Shown: positions 41,844 to 54,889 of the stretch, piece by piece | Position numbering within the stretch: position 1 is the first letter of the stretch | Layout of the letters: every line of letters starts with the position of its first letter | NCBI GenBank assembly: GCA_964016885.1 | Contig: OZ024741.1 | Coordinates: 252,278,001 to 252,342,000 of the forward strand | Length of the DNA: 64,000 nt | From: Eledone cirrhosa | Taxonomy: Eukaryota | Direction: 5' to 3' | The notes under the pieces: model-generated | Database searches by the model: none | Seen by the model: the letters and a program-made list of their open reading frames with translations, nothing else | Told to the model about the DNA's origin: nothing | Made by a program: the position numbers and the translations under genes

Positions 41844-44800
41844 GTACTGGTGTGTAATATTCTTATATGTATTTTATTATTTTTATGTATTATTTTCATT
41901 ATCTATTTTCGAGAACATGCCATACCTTCACTTATGTTCATACTTATATTTGTAAAATCTTTAATTTATTTAATTATTCATTTATTGATTCATTTTCGTT
42001 ATCAATCTTATACATGTACTTTTGGCAAATTTTTACGGATTCTTTTAGATATTATTTTTTACTGATTTATTATGTTTTTATATATTTCATTTCTATATCA
42101 TTATGTATATTTTTTACAATGAAATGCCTTTAATCACATTATTTTATTCAATATGTGTATGTATATGTATATATATATATATATATATTTGTGTGTGTGT
42201 GTGTGAATATATATATATATATATATATGATAAATATATATGTGTATATGTAAACCCATCCAGCCCATGCTAGTGTGAAAGATGGACGTTAAACAAAGAT
42301 GATGATTATATATATATATATTATATATATACACACACACACACCTAGAGCAGCTACAAATGGCCACATTGTTCCCTTCCCTGACATATTTATTTCCCCT
42401 TGAAAAACCCGCCCGTCAATGGATGTGAAATTCGAAATATATGGACGAATAAATTTCTTCCTAGGTAACTCCATCTCTGGTTTCCTTTTTATGCCATTTT
42501 ATATCTCTTCTTACGTTTTTTTTTTTTTTTTTTTACGTTTCTTTCTACTTTTCCCTTCTTCCTATTGCCACCTGTTTTTGTTACTCAGAGATTTACTCAC
42601 CTGCATTGTAGAACCTTCCAAAACGACCAATTAATAAAAAATATATGTGATGTAATGGAAAACAGAGAAGCCCTGCCACAAATATAAGAGGACTACCACC
42701 CCAAATCAGGGCTACTTGCTGAAACTTAGTCTACCTCATAGCTCCAACTACGCCGTGCATCGCTACATATACCCATATGGACCAACAAGATTTTTGACAG
42801 ACTCTCTAAATTGTTTGATGCATCTTCTGAATGATTCCTTGTTTCTATTTGGCCTTCAACATCATCTACTGACTGAGTTTTTACCTTTATAGTCTAGTGT
42901 TTTTCAGGTATTTATATTGGATGTTGTATCTCAGACCTTACATTACATATTCGATTTCATATTTTTATTTTATTTTATTTCATTTTATTACATTGGATTT
43001 TGTTTATTATATTTTATATTTCAAATACAACCTGTATACACCTTACACTGTAACTTACTAGTTAACTTATACTTCATACGAGATATAATCTTTTAAAACC
43101 ACTTGTCTCAGTTGGGTCTCCATACCAATGGCTTCTACAAGGTAGTAATTATTATCATTCATTAATTGCATTTCACTACCTCATTTACTTATTTACTATC
43201 CATTAATCATATATTTAACACCCCTCCCCCTGTAATTTACTCGCTGCCTAACATTTGATATAGTTCTTTTGTATTATATTGACTACACCACATTGTATTC
43301 ACCTGAAATACTCATCCCATTGACTAGTTGAAATTAAAATTGAAAAAAATGAAGTTAAATTAAACTAGTATTTGGTCTTATGGGTCGCTCAATATCAGAT
43401 TACATATGGAATATATGGTGGATTGGCAGTATCGGTAGAGGGTCGGACGTCATGCTTTGCAACATAGAGTTACATCCCTTTATGGTCTGAATTCAAATCC
43501 CGCTGAGGTTAACTTTGACTTTCATCCATACGGGCTCGATAAAATAAAGCACCAGTAATGCACCGGGGAAATTGCTGGCCTTGTGCCAATAGAAGAAACT
43601 ATTATAATAACTACACAGGGCATACATCATCATCATAATCATCATCATTTTACATCTGGTTTTCCCTGCTTGCAAGGGTGGGATGACAGGTTGTCCTGTT
43701 GTGGGCAGTGTCCAGTCGGCTGACCTTGTCTTGTTCATACGGGAACTGATTCTGGTTTGATTTCTACAGCTGGATGCCCTTCCTAACACCAACCTCATTT
43801 ACAGTGAGTGCTGGGTGCTTTTTTGCCATGGTACCTCCACGTCCACTTTACAGTGTGGGCTGGGTGCTTTTTTGCCGTGGCCCCTCCACGGAGCAATGTG
43901 AAATAAAGTGTCTTGCTCAAGGAAACAACACATCACCCGGTCCGAGAATTGAACTCACAACCTTTCCATTGCAAGCCCAATGCTCTAACCACTAAGCCAT
44001 GCACCTTCACAATTTAAAATTTACCATCAATCTACACCTTAGTTTTCTATATTTTCATATTTTATCTTATAGTATATAATTATATTATATTCCATATGTA
44101 ATCTGATTTTTCAATTTTACTTTCAATGAGCAGAATATTTCAGGTGAATAAAATGTGGTGTGGTAAATAAATATACATCAGGTCCGAACACAATGGAACC
44201 AAACTCCTACTATCATTGCCTCCGACTCTCCTGCTTTCCCCATCTCTTACTATTATGAGCAAATGGGGGCCCACATGCTGACCACGCTGCAGAACTAGCA
44301 GACAGAATTAAGAAGTTAACTAAATAGTTGTGTCATTCACACATATGTTCTAGTTGCACTAGATGCCATCAAATCTGAACTGACTCTATGTACAAAAACT
44401 TTCAATGGTGACATAAAAACACAAACAAAATAAATGATAAATGAAATAAAAAATAAAGATTATGACTAAAGAAGATGATAGAATTTCAAGTATATAATTT
44501 ACTCATACTCATTATTGATACTCCAGGAACTGCTTACCTAGGAACTGTCTGGAATCGTCCACACAAACACCACAACTAAGTAAACATCTTGTTGAGTCAC
44601 ACTATGCCACACATTAGAATCATCCACTATATAGATTACTCATAACATCTATTGGATTTCCTTATACAATACCTCGTTTACTTAGATAATGGATGATGAT
44701 ATATATATATATATATATATATAGTAGGTCCCTCCTAACCAAATATAAAGCCCAACCCACTACCTCTACTCCATCCTCCCACTCCTACTAACACCACCCT

Positions 44801-45120
44801 TTCTCTGTAAAGTTATGTTGGTACCACAACATCCAGTCCAAACTAAAGAGGTTGTGTAGGTGTCACAACAAAAAAAAATACAGTCCCCGCTGTAAAGTGG
44901 TCGTGTAGGAAACATGGTAAAAAGGCTCCCACTCCACACTGTAAATGTGGTTGGTGTTAGGAGGGACATCCAGCTGTAGAAAACCTGCCAGATACAGTCC
45001 TATATGAGTGAGACATGGTCACCCGATAAATCTTGCCTCAAGTGGGACAATTCCCATCTAACCCATGCTAACGTGGAAGATAGACGTTAAACGATGATGA
45101 TGATAATATATATGTGAATA

Positions 45121-46300
45121 TTGAGTTGGCAAGTAATTTCGGTTTTTTAGTGTGAAATAAAAGTTTGTTTTTTTTCATACAAAGAATAAACTTGAATCAG
45201 TTATATATTTTCCACTTTGTTTGATGGCCTTTTGCCATCCTTCTGGCAACTTCATGATTCTGCGCTCATCGCAAGTGCGATTTCAAGTCATCATCATTAT
45301 TGAAAGTTTTACCATTCAAAGAATTTTGCAAACTTCTAAATAAATGATAATCTGATGGTGCAAGGTCAGGGCTATACGGTGGATGTGACATCACTTCCCA
45401 ACCAAGCTTCAATGGTTTTTTACAAGTTAGCAAAGACATGTGTGGTCTAGCGTTGTCATGGTCGAACACATTCCTTTACGATTTGCCAATTCTGGCCGTT
45501 TTTCTTTGATTGCTTCTGAATTGATCGTTCGGTTCCTTGGAAGCAGCTCAAAATACACACCTTTGTAATCCCACCAAATTGACAGCAAGACCTTGTTTTG
45601 ATGCAATTCAGGTTTCGATGGGGTTTGTGCTGGTTCATTACACTTGGACCATGATCGTTTTCGATTGATGTTATTGTAGACAATCCATTTTTCATCACCA
45701 GTGATGATTCATTTCAAAAGAAGGTCAATTTCATTGCGTTTGAGATGCATATCACAAATATTGATTTGATGGGTTAAGTGAATCTCTTTCAATTTATGTG
45801 GAACCCAAATATCGAGCTTCTTAACGAGTCCGAGACATTTTATGTGATTTTCAATTGTAATGTGTGATACATTTATTCTCTCTGCATTCTCTCGCACAGT
45901 TATATGACAATCAGATTTAATTATGGCTTTGATTTGGTCATCATCAACTTCAGTAGGTCGACCATAACGTTAATCAACTTTGAGGGAAAAATCTCCAGAA
46001 CGGAACTTTTAAAACTCTGGGACATGCGTTCTGTTAAGCAATCAACACCATAAACTTAACATATCTTTGAGAGCCACAGCAGCTTTCTTGTCTTTACGGA
46101 ATTAAAAAAGCAGAATATGGTGAAAATGTTCGTTTTTGCGCTCCATGTTAAAATTGAAACTAAATTACGCGCAATTTGCTTCTGAAGTAAGCTAAAAGTA
46201 AAGGCTATTAAATGTAAAAAGGAAAAAATAACATTGACAAAGGTCATTAAAAAAAAATCCGAAATAAAAACAAAACGAAATTACTTTGTTACCAACCCAA
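45121..46300 (-). mobile_element. Mariner DNA transposon, near full length, transposase pseudogenised
   Basis: Fragments ITGDEKW, HDNARPH and HPPYSPDLAPSDYHLFRSLQNSL. TIRs TTGAGTTGGC-AAGTAATTTCG / CGAAATTACTTTGTTACCAACCCAA are flanked by TA. Multiple frameshifts. Confidence 0.93.
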
Positions 46301-46343
46301 TATATATATATTTATAGGAATAAATACATAATTTATAAATGTA

Positions 46344-46352
46344 ACTTACCAA
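46344..46352 (-). promoter_or_regulatory. 5' splice donor ending the protocadherin large exon
   Basis: Minus strand TTG|GTAAGT (consensus match), followed by AT-rich sequence and a mariner TIR. Confidence 0.8.
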
Positions 46353-48776
46353 TACTGTATTTTGTGGACTCTTCTCCAGGGTTCCTGTGTTTACCCATTC
46401 ACTCTGGGATTCATACTGGGGGTAAAAATCTCTCTTACATTCCACATATTGGATGTTTCTATTATTCATCTCTGAAGAATATCTCACTGGGGTACCAGGA
46501 ACACTGCCACTTCTGCTCTGACATGGTAAAGGTTGATCAATTCTGTTACATATAGCTGACCGATCAACACCTCTCCTAGCGGCCTTTGTAGATTGAGACT
46601 GACCACTGCTACATTTCACAATACACAGTGTGATGGACACTACAATGACCACAGCCACTATTACAGCTGCTACTATAATTATAATTAATATTGGTATATC
46701 AAATATTTTGTTCTTCTCTAACTGGACAGTGGTCATCTGTGGTGATGTCTTGTTAGTGACCTTTAATGATAAAGACACAGTAGTTGTGGCTGACATCACT
46801 GGAGTACCAGAATCCTTGACCACAAGTACCAGTTGATATGAGCCAGCTTCATTGAGATGAGGTGGACGTGAGAAAGACATTTGACCAGTAAAAGAGTTCA
46901 GTGTAAACAACTGTTTATTATTACCATCAAGTATTCCATATTTGAGGAAGGCATTTAAATGACTGTCTCTATCAGTGGCTTTAATCACAGTGATGGCATT
47001 GGTACTTTGTGGATGGTAGTGGACATTGATATGGAACGGGTCAGTTGTAGGGTAGATAAAATATGGACTATTGTCATTTCTGTCTAAAACCTCAATAACA
47101 ACATTGGCTGTATTATTCAATGATGGTTGACCATTGTCTTTGACAAATACTTCAAATTTATACATGTCTTCTTCTTCTCTATCTAATGGTATGTTACTGG
47201 TAATAAAACCATAGTCACTCACCTTAAATGGTATATTATTTCTGTCTTTACTTAATATTGAGTAAGTTAGTTGACCAGCACTTCCTAGGTCTGGGTCAGT
47301 GGCATTAATAAAACCTATAGGAAAGTTAGCTTTACCATTCTCATAAGTAAGGAAGTGGAATTTATCTTTGGTAAATTGTGGTTTCACATCATTCACATCC
47401 ATTACTGCAATAGAAATCTTTCTCTCTGTCTTTAAAGGAGGACTTCCATTGTCTTCACATACAAGTTTCATGCTAAAATGGTCCAATATTTCTCTGTCAA
47501 GTGATTTCTTCAAAGTAATTTTATATTCCTTTGATTCTAAATGTGAGAGGACAACTTTATCATGTTTTAAATTACAAGTCACCTCTCCATTCTCTCCTAC
47601 ATCATTGTCCACTACATTGACATAAGCTATATAACTGCCCACTTCAGTTCCTTCATAAATTGCTGCTGTATCCTTCTTTAGTTCAGACACAAAATTCATA
47701 TCAATTTCTGGGGCATGGTTCTTTTCATTAAGAACATTTACTCTTACAATGGCAAAGGAATTTAGTGGGGGATTCCCGCCATCTTTAGCTTCTACATATA
47801 ATTCATAAACATGGCGTGTTTCTTTAAAGAAACTTTCTTTAATAAACAATTCTCCGGAGTGTTGTTTTAATATGTAGCATTTTTTGGCTTTTTCTGGTGT
47901 TTCTGAACTAAAATAATAAGAAACTTGACCATTCTCTCCAGAATCTGGGTCTTTGGCTGACAATGTCACAATAGGAATGTCATGAGCATGTGTATTTTTT
48001 ATGGAAATATTGTAAATATGTTTTGAAAAAACTGGTGAGTTATCATTAACATCAATTATTGTTATATGAACATGTAAAATTCCTTGTTTTGGAGGTTGTC
48101 CTCCATCTTTAGCTATCACTTTTAGATTATAACTATCTTTTAGTTCCCTGTCTAGTTTGTCTCCAAGAATAATTCCTATTTTAGATCTACCTGTGAAGGT
48201 CTTAATAACAGACAATATAAAAGGTTCATTGAATTTTTTCTTCAGTACGTATGTAACTTCTGAATTTTCCCTTCCAACATCTTTATCAATTGCATCTGGT
48301 ATTAATCCTTCTGCACCCTCACCATCTCGTTCACCAAATGTTATTTCCACCTTTCCCTGTGGAAATTCAGGGCTGTGATCATTAATATCTTCTATAATCA
48401 CTTTAACTTTCAAGATCTTCATGAAAGACTTTGCTCTGTTTACAGCTATTTTGATATGCTTGAAACATTGTTTCCTGGGTTTACAGAGAATCTCTGCATC
48501 AAGATTTTGTACTGTGTATAGTTTACCATCTTTAGTGACATTGAACAAGTGGGAGCTGTCGGATCTTTGGCGTTGTATTTGATGAAATGTAATGAAAGTC
48601 TTCTCATGTAAATCCATATTCTCTGTCAAGAGGGAGTCGGCAGCAACATCCCCAATATATGTTCCTGTAATATCTTCATCTTTGACATGATAGACAAGAT
48701 TTTCACAAGCACAGTATTGCAAGAGCAGAGTGAAAATACTTAGAAGAATGAATGCATGGGTCACACTTGTTTCCAT
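46350..48776 (-). CDS. Protocadherin (coleoid-type, 6 EC repeats + TM + start of cytoplasmic tail), large coding exon of 809 codons
   Basis: 831-aa ORF 46281..48776. It has a signal peptide, EC1 with GTYIGDVAAD and a C-x5-C pair (CKPRKQC), and linkers DINDHSPEF, DVNDNSPVF, DVNDVKPQF, DRNDNSPYF. It also has LDRE and DxG-x-P motifs and a TM segment IPILIIIIVAAVIVAVVIVVSITLCIV. A canonical phase-0 donor TTG|GTAAGT follows 46350, so the last 22 ORF codons are probably intronic. Confidence 0.96.
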
Positions 48777-48813
48777 CCCTGGTTATTAGATTACATCACA
48801 GGAAGTCTATCCT

Positions 48814-48830
48814 CTGAAATATAATTATGT
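48814..48830 (-). promoter_or_regulatory. Putative splice acceptor 37 nt upstream of the protocadherin ATG (implies an upstream non-coding exon)
   Basis: Minus strand reads acataattatatttcag|AGGATAG...CCAGGGATGGAA, so the exon would start at 48813. Confidence 0.6.
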
Positions 48831-49175
48831 TCAATAGATGTAGTATATATATAGATTAACATGTTTACATGTGACATTTAACAGATTATATACAGCATGT
48901 AATATGTTATATAGAACTAAGACAGTAGACACCCCAACTAGAATGTAAACAAATATATCGATGAACCCTAGAAAATGCAAATTGTAATCATACATTTAAT
49001 CCTACCCACAAATTCATGAACCATCAATTAAATACAGCCCTATCTCAGCTTTCTCAGTCAAACAACAACCACCCTTCTCCAATTACTGGCATTGGGGTGA
49101 CAGATGTCATCAGGCTGAAGCCATCACCTTATATAGTTTCTTTATTTCTCTGCAGTGACAATATATAAATATAAT

Positions 49176-49356
49176 TGTTTCTACTTTAGGCACAAGGCCA
49201 GCAAATACCCAGTGCATTACTGGTACTTTATTTTATCGACCCCGTAAGGATGAAAGGCAAAGTTAGCCTCGGCGGGATTTGAACTCAGATCGTAAAGGGA
49301 TGTAACTATGCTGGAAAGCATGGCATCCGACCCTCTACCGATACTGCCAATCCACC
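49176..49356 (-). mobile_element. tRNA-derived SINE family A, full length, about 400 bp upstream of the protocadherin ATG
   Basis: A box TGGCAGTATCGG, B box GAGTTCAAATCC, central GCCTTTCATCCTTACGGGGTCGATAAAATAAAGTACC. 19-bp TSD gacaatatataaatataat at 49157-49175 and 49357-49375. Confidence 0.92.
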
Positions 49357-49494
49357 GACAATATATAAATATAATGAGTAATAGATATAGAAGAAGAATT
49401 ACTGCATTTTATAAATATCTATTAATATAACATGTTCATACTATCATTCTCTTTCCTCTACATATATCAGTTGGTGTATATTCATTTACTGTCC

Positions 49495-49850
49495 CACACT
49501 GTAAAGTTATCATGTAGGTTTCATAACAAAAAGCACCCAGGTCACACTGTGAAGTTATCATGTAGGTTTCATAACAAAAATCACCCAGGTCACACTGTGA
49601 AGTTATCATGTAGGTTTCATAACAAAAAGCACCCAAGTCACACTTTGAAGTTATCATGTAGGTTTCATAACAAAAAGCACCCAGGTCACACTGTGAAGTT
49701 ATCATGTAGGTTTCATAACAAAAAGCACCCAGGTCACACTGTAAAGTTATTGTGTAGGTGTCACGAGAAAAAGCATCCAGCCAACACTGTAAGATGATTG
49801 TGTAGGAGTTACAACAAAAAGCATCCAGCCAACACTGTCAATGTGGGTGG
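49495..49850 (+). repeat. 48-bp tandem repeat (about 6-7 copies) inside a SINE-B-related element
   Basis: Unit GTCACACTGTGAAGTTATCATGTAGGTTTCATAACAAAAAGCACCCAG (period 49541 to 49589). Confidence 0.92.
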
Positions 49851-50382
49851 CATTAGGAAAGACATCCAGATGCAGAAATCTAGCCAGAAACAGTCCTTTA
49901 TGAGCAAGACATGGTCACCTGACCCAACTTTCCTCTAATGGGAAAACCCATTTAACCCACGCTGGCGTGGAAAATGGATGTTAAACAATGATGATGATGT
50001 CCATAGTATCAGAGTCATATATTCCCTTTATCTATCTAGCTTTTCACTCAGCTAATTTGTGCTCCATCAATCAGACACACTATCATTACATATTGGGCAA
50101 TCCATATTTAATTCATTTCTCTCCAGTCACTGCAATATCTTGTATGCTCATGCCAAGCATCCTACCATATACATAAATATGAATCTCCCCTTCAATCTGA
50201 CAGAAATCCTTTGTTGTACACTATTTACTTTGCTATTAGAACACCAGCCTAAGGTAACGAATGTTGTAAAGTACTTATTGTTAGCATTACCGGCACTTTA
50301 GAAACACTTTTTGCTTGTATTCTTACTGTTAACTACTATATGCATATATAGAGATATATAACATATACATACAGATACATAC

Positions 50383-50437
<55 letters not shown>

Positions 50438-52485
50438 TATATATATACAGATACCCTATCACTATATCTAATGTACCCTATAGCAGTTTTCACATGTCAA
50501 TTCCATACATATGTATCATATCAGTCTGTTTAACATGCTAGATTCTCCATTATACTCTATCTCTTACTTACATTGATGTTATTATTTTAATTGTATGCTA
50601 TCTAGTTATTTTATTTTATTATTGATATTATTATTGATATTATTGTTCTGGTTTAATACCACACTTATATAAAAACCATGCCTTATGTATTTTCTTCATT
50701 TCACCTGCACCGATGAAATAGACTGGTTATAAACTAAGTATTGGAGATCAATTGGCGCAAAATCAAGCATATAGCGAACTCTAGACCTTCCAGATCAAAG
50801 AAACAATTGTCAGCAATGTGAATAAAGCCCTTATTGTATAGCCAACCATGTCAATCTTCTTTCTTGAATTATTATTACTCCAAGTATAAAAATCATTAAA
50901 ATCTTCGCGAACTCGCAGCATCACTATGGACACATCTTGTTGAGTCAAACTAAGCCATTCTATCCACTACAAGAACTACTCCAACTGGACTACATCTAAG
51001 TGGACTGCCATAACGATAGCCTGTTATCCCGTATATATATATATATATACACATATATAAACATATGTGTGTGTGTATATATATATGTATATATTAATAT
51101 ATATGTGTGTGTATATATATATATGAAGTCATCATCATCATCATTTCATGTCCGCTTTTTCTCTGCTTGCAAGCGTGGGACAGGAACTGATTCTGGCTTG
51201 ATTTCTACAGCTGGATGCCCTTCCTAACACCAACCTCATTTACAGTGAGTGCTGGGTGCTTTTTTGCCGTGGCACCTCCACAACCACTTTGCATATATAT
51301 ATATATACGGGATAACAGGCTATCGTTATGGCAGTATTAACATGTGGCTTAGTTTGACTCAACAAGACGTGTCCATAGTGATGCTGCGAAGATTTTTATC
51401 ATTTTTATACTTCAAGAAAGAAGATTGACATGGTTGGCTATACAATAAGGGCTTTATTCACATTGCTGACAATTGTTTCTTTGATCTGGCAGGTCTAGAG
51501 TTCGCTATACGCTTGATTTTGCGCCAATTGATCTCCAATACTTAGTTTATAACCAGTCTATTTCATCGGTGCAGGTGAAATGAAGAAAATACATAAGGCA
51601 TGGTTTTTATATAAGTGTGGTATTAAACCAGAACAATCTCATTTCTACAGCTGAGTAAACTGGTGTAATGTGAAATAAAGTGTCTTGCTCAAGGAAACAA
51701 CACATCACCCAGTCTGAGAATTGAACTCACAACCTTTCGATTGCAAGGCCAATGCTCTAACCACTAAGCCATGTGCCTCCATGAAGAATAGTGAAAAATC
51801 AGAAGGTTATATCAAAAGTTGGTAAAGCGCTCTGTCCAAAGGATGAGTTGGGTATAGAGTTAATTTCACAACGATTACCAAACCATACTTGAGAACACAC
51901 ACTTCCCAGGTGACATTTTTGTTCTGAAGTATAGTTTGGTAATCGTTGTGAAATTAACTCTCTCACTCTATATATATATATATATATGTGTGTGTGTATG
52001 TGTCTATATATGTGTGTGTGTGTGTGTGTGTGTATAGCAAAGATAAAAATATATATCCAAAACGCAAATGTATGCAGAGAATTATATATGATACTATATA
52101 GCTGTCAAGAAGTTTCAGAATTAACTCAATGTGTTTATATATTATAGGTCTGAATAAAATGTAGATATTTTTTAGGGAGAAAAAATTGGAAAGGCAGATA
52201 TAAACATAGAGCAAATATAATCAAAAATATAGATGGTAAAATGAGTTTTTAAATCATTTTTACTTCCTTACACAAGTTTCAAGAGAGTTATGCATCGAAT
52301 TATTGGAAAAATATTAAATGTAGTTCGTATAATCAAAATCAATACATACAAATCGATATACAGATTCACTTTGCAATATCATTACATAAATCTTCATCTT
52401 CAGAGGAATTAGAATAAACCTATTATATTCTGCTTGCATTTAATACGTTTTTCTTAATTCCTCCGAAGATGGAGATTTATGTAAT

Positions 52486-52700
52486 TGTTTCTGGTTTAGG
52501 CACAAGGCCAACAATTTTGGAGGAGGGGATCCGACTAAATCGGTCCCAGTGCATTACCGGTATTGTTTTATCGACCACCATAAAGATGAAATTTAAAGCT
52601 AACCTCAGTGGGATTTGAACTCAGAACGTACAGGGACATAACTACACTGAAAAGCATGTTGTCTGACGCTCTACCAATATTATCAATCCACTGCCTTTAT
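52486..52700 (-). mobile_element. SINE family A variant inserted in a palindrome arm
   Basis: 14-bp TSD gagatttatgtaat at 52472-52485 and 52701-52714. Confidence 0.88.
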
Positions 52701-52927
52701 GAGATTTATGTAATATTACAAATTGAATCTGTATATAGTTTTGTATGTGTTGATTTTGATTATACAAATTACACTTAACATTCAGTAATTCAATCTATAA
52801 CTCTCTTGAAACATGTGTAAGGAATTAAAAGCGATTTAAAAAACTAATTTTTTCCATCTATATATTTGATTAAATATGTATATATATATATATAATTAAA
52901 ACAGGTCAGACTGGGCATATCCCTTTA

Positions 52928-52991
52928 ACACTATATACAAGTATATTTCAATGGCCTGGTTACGTAAGACCCAGGTAATATCATCAGGTGC
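52928..52991 (-). ncRNA. Type I hammerhead ribozyme motif
   Basis: GCAC-CTGATGA-TATTACCTGG..CCAGGCCATT-GAAA-TATAC TT GTATA-TA-GTGT; all three stems pair. A decayed relative lies at about 24303-24355 (+). Confidence 0.72.
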
Positions 52992-54050
52992 AGATTGCAG
53001 AATTAGATAATCAATAAAAGGAATTACAGCAAACACAAACAGAGAATAGAGAATATATTTGATTGAAATATATATATATAGTGTTTTTTGCAATATTAAA
53101 ACTTTAAAGGGATATTTCTAGTCCGGCCTTCTGTTGTTTTAATTAAATAAATATTTCTTACTATTACATCATGGTTAACTAAACGGAATGACCAGTTCTA
53201 CTCATTAGTGAACTACGCAGCATAAATGTATGTATATATATATATATATATATAAGAAGTTTAAGTCAACAGGTTACAATTAACTTCATTTATTCATAGT
53301 CACTGTTGTATGTGTTTCGGTGATAACCATTATGCAACAGCTAGAATTAAATATAAAGAAAGTACTCAAGTGCTGAAATGCTATAAAGATGCTTATAAAA
53401 TAGGATGAAGACCCCTAAAAGAGAGAAAAAGAACTTGCCATTGGCTGCTATGAGAAATTAAAGCCTATATCTTCCAGATATCGGCAAGACTCTTTAACCT
53501 TTAAGTTAAAGAGTCATGAGGAATCCTTTCCCATCATTTTAACTGGGTACCTAGCCGACAGCTTTATATATATATATATAATTATAAAATGTGGAGAAGG
53601 AGCACACGAGTTGGAATATATATATATGTAAATAGGGAGAAAAAAACGATGATGAGGAAGAAAAATATATTTTCTTTTCCTTTATTTTTTTCTCTTTTTT
53701 CTGGGTTAGAAAATGTTTAAAACAAAATATTTTACTTTGTGTGAAGTGTTAAGGTATTAGTTAATTTATTTATTAATTAACAATAGCATTGATTTATTTA
53801 TTTAATAATTGTCAATTACCGATTTCAGCATTTTATGCATTATCAAAGGGGGGAATTTGTATTGGTATAATTATACTAATACAAATTCCCCCCTTTGATA
53901 ATGCATAAAATGCTGAAACCGGTAATTGACAATTATTAAATAAATAAATTAATAAATAAATAAATTAACTAATACCTTAACACTTCACACAAAATAAAAT
54001 ATTTTGTTTTAAACATTTTCTTCCTAACAATCGTTTTTTTCTCCCTATTT

Positions 54051-54106
<56 letters not shown>

Positions 54107-54311
54107 TAAGAGTGAATAACCAATTTAGATTATAACTCTTAATTTACTAAACATCGAGCTCTGCAGTTTGTGCCATAACAGTCTATAACGTAATCTACAG
54201 AGGTTGAAAAGTTCAACCTTTTTGGATTACCGATTGACCAAGGATACTGATTAGCATTGAGCTTCTATAATCCTTATCAGGACATATATTGGTAAACTTC
54301 AATATAACCTA

Positions 54312-54361
<50 letters not shown>

Positions 54362-54889
54362 CATATATATATACACACACATATATATATAAAAAAATGT
54401 TGCGCTACATGGCTGAATACAATAAATGTAATCTGAGTTTTTCAAATATTAATAATAACATTCGATTCGTTTGCAATTATGCAAACAAGCCCCAATTTTA
54501 AAGCCATGTCAGTAGAATTAACCCCTCATTCTTGCTCTTGTGTTGGCATGTAAACAGACCTGCAGACACTAATGTTTCTGGGTATTACCATTCATCAGTA
54601 CAGCTCACTGTTCACCTGTCAGAGCTAGTGAAAATATATGCTATTCTCAAAAATATACAGTGACTGATCGCCTGATTTGCATATTAGCAGACTGGCTGAT
54701 CAGCAGACTGCATATATATATCGGTGCCCCAGCATGGCCTCAGCCGGATGGCTGGAACAGGTAAAAGAGTAATATATATATATATATATACATACATACA
54801 TACACATGCACACATATATATATATATATATATCAATTCAAAAGTTTTTTTTCTCAATGAAAGGATAAAATATACAGATATATTATCAA

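Noticed and set aside
46281-46349. C-terminal 22 codons of the 831-aa ORF as real protein
   Set aside because: They begin at a consensus GTAAGT donor, are low complexity and end in the mariner TIR.
54195-54285. Possible hammerhead on the minus strand (CTGATAA-GGATTA..TAATCC-AAAA-hairpin)
   Set aside because: Two core mismatches and no convincing stem I; too decayed to call.
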